Source: Nitrososphaeria archaeon
Lineage (GTDB): Archaea > Thermoproteota > Nitrososphaeria > Conexivisphaerales > DTJL01
Length of the DNA stretch: 64,000 nt
Assembly: GCA_029775965.1 (NCBI GenBank)
Contig: JARVJU010000011.1
Location: 24-64,023 of the forward strand
Direction: 5' to 3'
Under the pieces are notes generated by a model that was not told where the DNA came from, searched no databases, and was given only the letters and a program-made list of their open reading frames with translations. The position numbers and the translations under genes were made by a program. Below are positions 57,305 through 64,000 of this stretch, piece by piece (positions within the stretch are counted from its first letter, which is position 1; each line of letters starts with the position of its first letter).

Positions 57305-58146
57305 TAGAGAGAGATCACAGTCTTCATATCTTGAATGTATTCTTTTTCATCTTTTACAGGTGTCTCCAGTATCATCGGCAGTCTTCTTACCTCCTTTCTT
57401 GCAAGAAAGAGCTTGAATCCCTTCTTTCCTATCAAACCTTTTCCTATATTCTCGTGCCTATCCAGATGCGAGCCAAGAGGGCCCTTTGAGTCGTTTAGAT
57501 GAATAACCATAAGTTTCTTTGACCCTATCTCTCTTTCGAACTCATTGAAGAAACTTTCCAACCCTTGTTCTGAGGCTATATCATACCCTGCAGCAAAGGC
57601 ATGGCATGTATCTAGGCAGACACCAATGCCTTTTTCCATACCAGTATGCTCTATGATCTTTCTTATGTCATGAAGGGCAGCTCCGACAGCATTCTTCTGC
57701 CCTGCCATATTTTCAAGCAGGACAGTAACTGCAGAGTTTTTGTGTGTTTTTGATATCGCGTCTGCAACTCTTTTTTGTCCATAATCTATCCCTTTTCCCA
57801 TGTGGCTCCCCAGATGCAATATAACATATGCAAGACCAAGCAACTCCGCTCTTCTTATTTCTTCAGCTAGAGCATCAACAGACTTCCTGAATATTTCATC
57901 ATCTGGAGAAGCCAAGTTGGGCAGATAAGGCATATGGGAGACAGCCAGCTTTATACCGGAATTCTTCATCTTTGACCTGAAGAGATCTACAGACTCATCC
58001 GCAAGCTTTCCGTACTTCCATCCCTGGGGATTTCTTGTGAATATCTGGAATGTGTTGCAGCCCAGGGCCTGCGCTCTGTCAACAGCTAGGTCTATAGACC
58101 CTGAAATTGAAACATGAACACCGAGTATAGGAGCATCTTTGCTCAT
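57301..58146 (-). CDS. nfo: Endonuclease IV (AP endonuclease, Nfo family)
   Basis: LGCNTFQIFTRNPQGW, HMPYLPNLAS, LENMAGQ, CLDTCHAFAAGYD, and HLNDSK. Confidence 0.9.
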   Translation of the reverse strand: MSKDAPILGVHVSISGSIDLAVDRAQALGCNTFQIFTRNPQGWKYGKLADESVDLFRSKMKNSGIKLAVSHMPYLPNLASPDDEIFRKSVDALAEEIRRAELLGLAYVILHLGSHMGKGIDYGQKRVADAISKTHKNSAVTVLLENMAGQKNAVGAALHDIRKIIEHTGMEKGIGVCLDTCHAFAAGYDIASEQGLESFFNEFEREIGSKKLMVIHLNDSKGPLGSHLDRHENIGKGLIGKKGFKLFLARKEVRRLPMILETPVKDEKEYIQDMKTVISLY

Positions 58147-58181
58147 ACAGGTAATGATATTATCAAGCTATATTACTCTAA

Positions 58182-58499
58182 CTATCTGCTCACTCTACCC
58201 TTTTGAATGATCAAACTTGCAGCAAATGCGATAAGGGTCCAGAATGCGAAGTCTAAGACAAGATTAAGTGGATACACCAAAGTTACACTGGCAGGGATAC
58301 AGGATGCTGATATACAGAAATTCTTTTCTTGTGCGAGATATTGCAAAGGCAAACCTCTCATCAGAAGAACATAGGTAACACTCTCATACACATAGTTATG
58401 TGTGTGCCAGTCGAAAGTATACTTGTAAGTAGCTGATAGAAGAAGAAGAACCAACGCTGCAAGAAGTATAAAGACAACACTAGGCTTCATATCAGACAA
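58182..58499 (-). CDS. Small membrane protein (3 TM)
   Basis: A 105-aa hydrophobic ORF with an 8-nt overlap with the upstream gene. Confidence 0.45.
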   Translation of the reverse strand: MSDMKPSVVFILLAALVLLLLSATYKYTFDWHTHNYVYESVTYVLLMRGLPLQYLAQEKNFCISASCIPASVTLVYPLNLVLDFAFWTLIAFAASLIIQKGRVSR

Positions 58500-59160
58500 C
58501 CTTTATCCCAGGTTCTTTAAGCCTGTTTATCCTTGCTATGTTGAGCAGAATCGATAGCATCCCCTCCATATGAGCAGAGAGGTGTAAAGGCCCTGCATAG
58601 AGGAACCTAAGACCTCTGATCTTTGATAGGCATTCTATAGCTAGCGAAGATGCCTTCTCATCCCCTAGTACAGGTACATCATAAGAGAGCTCTTTGGACA
58701 GATCGGCAAGCCTGGATGCGGGGACGAGCTGCAAAGTGGATACAACTTTTGCGTTAGGAAGCATTTCCTGAACATATTCTGCGGCTGACAAGCTTTTACC
58801 TCTGACTGCAAAATAGGAATATTCGAACAGCTTGTTAACCATAACCAGCTTTGTAGCTGGGCATATCACAACTTTGCCAGCCCAGCTGTATTCGATAGAG
58901 GATTGTATGAACTGCTCCAGAGCAGATGCATTTACTGCTAGAGTAACAATATCTGCATTCAGGACAGCATCTTTGTTTGCCATCCCTTCTATCTTTTGGA
59001 TTTCTGGATAGTATTTCTTTGCTATTTCCGTGTACTCATCAGCAATAGCCTTTGCTTTGTCTTTATCTCTGGAGCCAAGTGTTATAGGGAAGAACTGACA
59101 TAGGCGCAGCGCTATGCCTTTTCCGAGATTTCCGGTGCCTCCAAGTATAGCTACCTTCAT
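58492..59160 (-). CDS. NADP oxidoreductase, coenzyme F420-dependent family (NpdG/Fno-like Rossmann protein)
   Basis: MKVAILGGTGNLGKGIALRL...LGSRDKDKAKAIA...ADIVTLAV...SAAEYV...VLGDEKAS follows the NpdG/Fno pattern. Confidence 0.65.
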   Translation of the reverse strand: MKVAILGGTGNLGKGIALRLCQFFPITLGSRDKDKAKAIADEYTEIAKKYYPEIQKIEGMANKDAVLNADIVTLAVNASALEQFIQSSIEYSWAGKVVICPATKLVMVNKLFEYSYFAVRGKSLSAAEYVQEMLPNAKVVSTLQLVPASRLADLSKELSYDVPVLGDEKASSLAIECLSKIRGLRFLYAGPLHLSAHMEGMLSILLNIARINRLKEPGIKVV

Positions 59161-59171
59161 GAAATCAACTC

Positions 59172-60929
59172 TTATTCTCTTCTTGCTAGAAGAAAAGACC
59201 TGATTATATCTTCATTATTCTCAACCTGTATGAATACAGGGACGTTTTTCTGTTGTGTTGCTTTATAGCTCAGGAACAACCATTCGCCTGTATCAAGCTC
59301 AGATGTCTTCTCCAGGATCGATAAGTCAAGACTGAAAGAATCTGCTATGACAAGCCTGTCATATATCCTGGGTAGAGTACTGACAAAATAGCTATGCAGC
59401 TGCTGCAGAGCATTCGTGTTCATATGAGCTACTCTCTGCGTGCTTATAATACCGTAAGCTCTGTACTTTCTACCTTGCCTTAACAGTGCCTCTACAGCTC
59501 TGCTTGAAGCTGTTTCTTCACCTCTGGTATCTTGAGGAGCAAACTCCTGCGCTTCATCCAGAACCACCAATATTCTCTGCCTCAATCCCATGACCTTCTT
59601 TAGATATAGTAATCTTTCAAGATATCTTGCAGCAAAGATTCTCGCCTGATAGGGATTCGGGGTGTAGAAGATGTAGAGCCTGTCTTTGCCGGTAAGAAAC
59701 TTATAGGCTGTCTGCTCTGGGGTATCCGCCTCACTATTAGCTTCTTCAGGAGCAGAAGTCAAAATCTCTATCATCGCTTCTATGGACTTTATCGCAGCAC
59801 TTTTCTCATGAACTTTACCCTTAAGGGATTCAAGTTTAGAGACAAGGAAATTCACATCATCTTCTTTAAGCTCACTCAACTTGCTCATTTTTTGTAATCC
59901 TTTGTTTCTGAAGTAGGCAATAATTTCAGTCAGCCCTTTCTGAACAGCTTGATAACCACCCTTCTTCTCAGCAACTATCTCTTGAAGTGCAGAATAGATG
60001 TCATTCAAACTCATAGTGATTGCACTTTCCTCGAGGTTTAGCGCCTTTATTCTTCCTTCATTGTGCATATTGCTAAAGATGTCAGTCAGCAGGCTCTCAG
60101 GTTGAATATCTTTCTCTAGTGTGGCTGGAATTACCTGAGAATGGGAAAAGATCTCAATCTTATCCCCAAACTCCTCTGTCGTATATATTATGCCAGATCT
60201 TATCCTATCTAAAAGATGCACCGCATATTCGCCGGATATATCGAGCACACATACCTTAAGCTCTGGCACTTTATTCATGAGTTTTCTTATTAGGTTAGCA
60301 GTCAGGTTCGACTTGCCCGTCCCAGTGAAACCGAAGACCCCGATATGATAGCCAAGAAGTGAATCAGCATCTACTGTCAGCTCAATATCTTGCCCCTTAA
60401 TTCTTCCCATGGGTAACCCATCTCTAACACAGAGAAGCTTCTCGACAGCCATCCTTGAAAGCCTGTGCACTACAGAGCCTTGCAAAGGAGTTAGTCTGCA
60501 TGATTCATAGTTTATCCCTTGATCCTCCAGCTTAAGCCTGTAGCCTGTAGAGACTGCAAACAGGTCTATCCAAGTTTCTTGACTGCCCTTCCAGCTGTCG
60601 CTAACTCTCTCCAGAAATTCCTCTCTGATCTGTTGAGGTATGCTTGAGTTCACTCCAAGCATCTGGAAGTGCATAGGTGTAACAGAAGTGACTTCATATA
60701 CAAGATATATCATGCCTGATGATGTTTCCCTTTCCACAGCGATAAAGGTAGGGTCATGCAATTTATCAAAGACGTCTATGTCGAACTTTGCCTCGAGGAC
60801 AGCAAAGATACTTGTAGCTTCGTATTCTCCACCCCTAATCTGCTTTGTTAAGGTCCTTATTCCTTTCAGTCTCGCCTGAAACCTTCCATCCATGTCGTCA
60901 AATGCCAGACTTTGCTGACTCACAGCCAT
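59172..60929 (-). CDS. HerA/FtsK-like P-loop ATPase (second HerA paralogue in the window, no NurA partner)
   Basis: Walker A GVFGFTGTGKSN, Walker B RILVVLDEAQEFAP, STQR, and an N-terminal region of about 200 aa consistent with a HAS barrel. The start is set at MAVSQQ (ATG 60929). The listed 126-codon extension overlaps the apgM start and was discarded. Confidence 0.7.
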   Translation of the reverse strand: MAVSQQSLAFDDMDGRFQARLKGIRTLTKQIRGGEYEATSIFAVLEAKFDIDVFDKLHDPTFIAVERETSSGMIYLVYEVTSVTPMHFQMLGVNSSIPQQIREEFLERVSDSWKGSQETWIDLFAVSTGYRLKLEDQGINYESCRLTPLQGSVVHRLSRMAVEKLLCVRDGLPMGRIKGQDIELTVDADSLLGYHIGVFGFTGTGKSNLTANLIRKLMNKVPELKVCVLDISGEYAVHLLDRIRSGIIYTTEEFGDKIEIFSHSQVIPATLEKDIQPESLLTDIFSNMHNEGRIKALNLEESAITMSLNDIYSALQEIVAEKKGGYQAVQKGLTEIIAYFRNKGLQKMSKLSELKEDDVNFLVSKLESLKGKVHEKSAAIKSIEAMIEILTSAPEEANSEADTPEQTAYKFLTGKDRLYIFYTPNPYQARIFAARYLERLLYLKKVMGLRQRILVVLDEAQEFAPQDTRGEETASSRAVEALLRQGRKYRAYGIISTQRVAHMNTNALQQLHSYFVSTLPRIYDRLVIADSFSLDLSILEKTSELDTGEWLFLSYKATQQKNVPVFIQVENNEDIIRSFLLARRE

Positions 60930-61006
60930 GGGTTCAGAGTCTTCTGTTCTTTTTAATAAACTATCCTTCGCGAATATTTTTAACGCAGTCTTTGCACATA
61001 CAAAAC

Positions 61007-62266
61007 GTGAAGAAGATAATATACATTCTGCTTGACGGAGTGGGTGATAGGCCAATCCCTCAGCTGAATGGTCTGACACCCTTGGAAGCTGCCAAAACAC
61101 CAGGCATGGATAAACTAGCCGAAAGATCAGTATGTGGCATGGTCCAAACTGTTGGGAAGGGTATAGCACCGGAATCAGACATCGCTGTCTTTCACATGCT
61201 CGGTTACAATCTTCATGAAAATTACTTTGGAAGAGGGGTGATAGAAGCGATAGGGGCAGAGATGAATTTTTCAACAGGAGATGTTGCAATGAGAGGAAAC
61301 TTTGCAACAGTTTCTGATGACTTTACTATACTGGACAGAAGAGCGGGTAGAGATCTATCTCAGGAAGAAGGTGACGAGCTTGCTAAAGAGGTATGCGAGC
61401 ATGTATCCATTTCAGACCTGGGGGCTTCCTTCGAATTTGTACATACTACTGGACATAGGGGCGTGCTGGTCATACATAAGGAGAATAAACTCAGTGCCAG
61501 CATTACGAACACCGACCCAGCATATCAAAGGCTTGGCACAATCGGTGTAGCTGTCAAAACAAAATCCGGCTCAAGAATTAGCGAATGCAGACCTGTAGTT
61601 GACACAGAACAGTCAAGAATAACAGCACAGTTGGTAAATGCATTCACTCTGCGTGCATACAAAGTATTAAGAGGAAGCAGAGTCAATGCCAAAAGAATCA
61701 GTCAAGGGAAGAAGCCTGCCAACATAATTCTTCTAAGAGATGCCGGTGATACATATCCCAAAATAGAAACCCTGCATGAAAAATTCAAGTTGAGTTTTGC
61801 AGCCATAGTTGATATGCCTGTTGAACTTGGCATTTCGAAGCTGACAGGGTTTGATGTTATAAGAAGCTCTTCTCAGAAAAATTTCAGAGAGAAGGTAGAG
61901 AAGACAGTTTCTGCATTGGTAGACCATGATGTCGTCTACATACATCTCAAAGGTCCGGATGAGCCTGGTCATGACGGACTATGGAAAGATAAAGTTGAGA
62001 TAATAGAGCAGATAGATTCTGAATATTTTTCTCCCCTGTTGGATAAGGTAGACTTTGAGAATATTATCTTTGCAATATCTGCAGACCATGCAACACCATG
62101 CAGCCTTGAGGCCCACAGCGATGACCCAGTACCTCTTATAATTGCAAACTCATCCTTCGGAAAAGATGGATGCAGAAGGTTTACGGAGAAAGATGGGTCC
62201 AAGGGCTCTTTAGGAATTCTAAAGGGAGAAGACGTCCTTACAAAGGTTATAGATGGTGCAAGATAA
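61007..62266 (+). CDS. apgM: Cofactor-independent phosphoglycerate mutase, archaeal type
   Basis: (V)KKIIYILLDGVGDRP, HLKGPDEPGHDG, and SADHATPC. GTG 61007 is preferred; the listed start at 60845 lies inside the divergent gene. Confidence 0.85.
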   Translation: MKKIIYILLDGVGDRPIPQLNGLTPLEAAKTPGMDKLAERSVCGMVQTVGKGIAPESDIAVFHMLGYNLHENYFGRGVIEAIGAEMNFSTGDVAMRGNFATVSDDFTILDRRAGRDLSQEEGDELAKEVCEHVSISDLGASFEFVHTTGHRGVLVIHKENKLSASITNTDPAYQRLGTIGVAVKTKSGSRISECRPVVDTEQSRITAQLVNAFTLRAYKVLRGSRVNAKRISQGKKPANIILLRDAGDTYPKIETLHEKFKLSFAAIVDMPVELGISKLTGFDVIRSSSQKNFREKVEKTVSALVDHDVVYIHLKGPDEPGHDGLWKDKVEIIEQIDSEYFSPLLDKVDFENIIFAISADHATPCSLEAHSDDPVPLIIANSSFGKDGCRRFTEKDGSKGSLGILKGEDVLTKVIDGAR

Positions 62267-62667
62267 TGGCAATCGCAGATAAAAAGACTCAGGCTCCATC
62301 ATACTCAAGGATTCGCTTTGTAATAGAATTTGCAGATAAAGGCAGCTGTGAAGGGGAGCTTGTAAGGCATCTTGCACCTTTTACAATACTGAAGATTACA
62401 AAGCTTCAGAGTTTTCAGGGTTTATTAACTGAGGATAAAGATAGCATAGTTCTATTGATCAACATTTCAACAGGGCTGGAGAAGCCAAAAAAGATGTTTC
62501 GTAAAGGAGATTTGGGATACTTCCCTATTGATGATTCTTTACACATATTTAGAAATGATGCAGTACTATCGAGACCCATGAATCATCTCGGGTATGTGAA
62601 GAGTAACCTAGAACTTTTGCGTTCGGTAAGAGCAGGAGATAGTGCAAAGATAGCAATTCTCATGTAG
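62266..62667 (+). CDS. Cyclophilin-like (TM1367-type) protein of unknown function
   Basis: 133 aa. IRFVIEFADKGSCEGELVRHLAPFT ... GDLGYFP resembles the cyclophilin-like family. The ATG overlaps the apgM stop by 1 nt. Confidence 0.45.
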   Translation: MAIADKKTQAPSYSRIRFVIEFADKGSCEGELVRHLAPFTILKITKLQSFQGLLTEDKDSIVLLINISTGLEKPKKMFRKGDLGYFPIDDSLHIFRNDAVLSRPMNHLGYVKSNLELLRSVRAGDSAKIAILM

Positions 62668-62705
62668 ATAAGCTTATATCCTTCTAAAATATTTCTCATC
62701 TTTCA

Positions 62706-64000
62706 ATGAGCGAAGAAAGATCAGAAGAGAAGGTAGTCACAAGAATACCTCCTCGACTCGACCGCATGCCTCTAACTTCTTGGCATTACTACATTCTGCT
62801 TGTTCTCGGAAGTGGCCTCTTTTTAGAAGGGTTCAGTGTCAGTGTAGCGGGGAGCCAGCTCGGTACAATCGTTAAACTGCTCAGCCTGAATACACTACAA
62901 GCTCTTTCTGTAACCCCTATATTTCTTATAGGTGAGCTGTTTGGGGCAGTTATACTAGGACATCTTGCGGATACAAGGGGGAGAAAACTACTCTTTCTTA
63001 CCAGTCTTGCAATAATAATGATAGGAGATGTGCTCGTCGGAATTCTGTTTATAGTCAAGGGGCTTAATTACTATAGCCTTGTAACCTTGAGAGCTATAAC
63101 AGGTTTCGGAGTAGGAGGCGAATTCGGTGCTTCAATAGCTGCTCTGCAGGAGTTTACACCTGCCAGAATCAGAGGTGTATTTACAGGCACTGGAAACGCA
63201 GTCTTATTCGACCTGGGCACAGTGGTTGCTTCCCTTGTTGCTGCATTGCTACTCTCTATTCTTCCAATTTCCTTAGCGGTAGGTACTGCGTTCGTCATAG
63301 GTGTAATAATTGCTGTAGCTATATATGTAGGAAGGATAGGTCTACCTGAGTCCCCTAGATTTCTGTTATCAAAAGGGAGAAATGATGAAGCAGAAAGAAT
63401 TGTTAGCAGGATTGAAGAAACAGCTAAGCAAAAAGGATTAACACTTAGCGAAGTACAACCTGTCGAACTTGATTTTGCTAGAGGTACTGAAGCTGGAGGT
63501 TACAGAAGGCTTTTTACAACATACAGAAATAGGTTGATACTTGCATGGACGCTCAATTTCACAGAAACATGGCCATATTACTCAGCATTTTCTGTTATCT
63601 CGTTGATTCTTACAAAAGTCTTTCTTTTCCCTGGATCAAAGGTAGCTTTGTTGCTGGCTGCTATGACTGGAGCAGGTGTAATAGGTGTGTTTGTTATGTC
63701 ATGGGCTCTTGATGTAATAGGAAGAAGGAGCGCAATAACTATGTCATACGGGCTTGGAGGGCTGCTCTCTATAATAATAGGAGCAGTTGTCAAGATTATA
63801 CCTCTGTATGTATTTCTATTGCTTCTTGTACTTCTTTATTTCTTTGTGTACGCTGCTGCTGGTGTGCTTTATCCTCAGATAGGAGAAATGTTCCCAACAA
63901 AGAATAGGGGTTCAGCGATGGGCACGGCAGTCGGGTTTGGGAGGCTTGGAGGTATAATAGCTCCTTTTGCTCTGGCTGCCTACGTAGGAAGCATATCTGG
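62706..64000 (+). CDS. MFS transporter, sugar-porter-like (3' end lies right of the window)
   Basis: Not in the ORF track because it has no stop inside the window. The translation reads MSEERSEEKVV...HLADTRGRKLLF...LPESPRFLLSKGRNDEAERI...GEMFPTKNRGSAMG. Confidence 0.8.
   Translation, partial: MSEERSEEKVVTRIPPRLDRMPLTSWHYYILLVLGSGLFLEGFSVSVAGSQLGTIVKLLSLNTLQALSVTPIFLIGELFGAVILGHLADTRGRKLLFLTSLAIIMIGDVLVGILFIVKGLNYYSLVTLRAITGFGVGGEFGASIAALQEFTPARIRGVFTGTGNAVLFDLGTVVASLVAALLLSILPISLAVGTAFVIGVIIAVAIYVGRIGLPESPRFLLSKGRNDEAERIVSRIEETAKQKGLTLSEVQPVELDFARGTEAGGYRRLFTTYRNRLILAWTLNFTETWPYYSAFSVISLILTKVFLFPGSKVALLLAAMTGAGVIGVFVMSWALDVIGRRSAITMSYGLGGLLSIIIGAVVKIIPLYVFLLLLVLLYFFVYAAAGVLYPQIGEMFPTKNRGSAMGTAVGFGRLGGIIAPFALAAYVGSIS

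Noticed and set aside
60930-61307. 126-codon N-terminal extension of the HerA-like ORF (listed as 59172-61307, 711 aa)
   Set aside because: The extension is Cys/Leu/Pro-rich with no structure-like pattern. It runs antisense through the apgM start and its conserved N-terminus. The ATPase homology starts after the internal ATG at 60929, which leaves a sensible 77-nt divergent spacer.
1-64000. CRISPR arrays, rRNA genes, additional tRNAs, and canonical defence or toxin-antitoxin cassettes
   Set aside because: Reading by eye found no regularly spaced direct repeats, no rRNA-like GC-rich structured regions, no further T-arm/acceptor signatures, and no recognisable cas, restriction-modification or TA gene motifs. 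An eye scan cannot exclude short or degenerate elements.

Overview
Archaeal chromosomal segment, roughly 40% G+C by eye. It is very gene-dense, with about 65 genes, many with 1-4 nt start/stop overlaps and several convergent 3' overlaps. Most of it is housekeeping.

Archaeal hallmarks read directly from the translations:
- HMf-type histone, ribosomal proteins S17e and S26e, RpoP, and a Cgi121-like protein.
- Family-B DNA polymerase and a nurA-herA-mre11-rad50 operon.
- Form III RuBisCO, ApgM, bifunctional PGI/PMI, and ThrRS with the archaeal N-terminal editing domain.
- A tRNA with a non-canonical intron.
Together these suggest a TACK/Thermoproteota-like archaeon; this is inference only.

Metabolic content:
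- A glycerol module: glpK, a truncated GlpA-type G3P dehydrogenase and a CoxG-like protein.
- guaB-purA-purB and a sugar-nucleotide cluster.
- A thiolase/DUF35 pair and a four-gene succinate dehydrogenase operon.
- Five MFS transporters and one ABC-2 exporter.

Mobile or selfish DNA:
- One IS481/IS3-like element with imperfect inverted repeats, an 18-bp flanking direct repeat and a frameshifted transposase.
- An adjacent decayed IS4/IS5-type transposase.
- A multiply frameshifted methyltransferase in a gene-decay tract next to tRNA-Glu.
- Two inteins: 296 aa in an Mrp/ApbC ATPase, and a 164-aa mini-intein in PolB.

I saw no CRISPR array, no rRNA and no recognisable canonical defence system.

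The best candidates for undescribed biology are:
- an orphan second HerA-like ATPase in a tight four-gene cluster ending in endonuclease IV;
- the non-canonical membrane subunits and gene order of the SDH operon;
- the ParB/Srx-like, Ubl(GG) and Cgi121-like array;
- the rbcL-surE(-NUDIX) arrangement;
- the Mrp/ApbC intein;
- the D-loop intron of tRNA-Glu.

All functional calls rest on motif reading by eye; no database search was possible.
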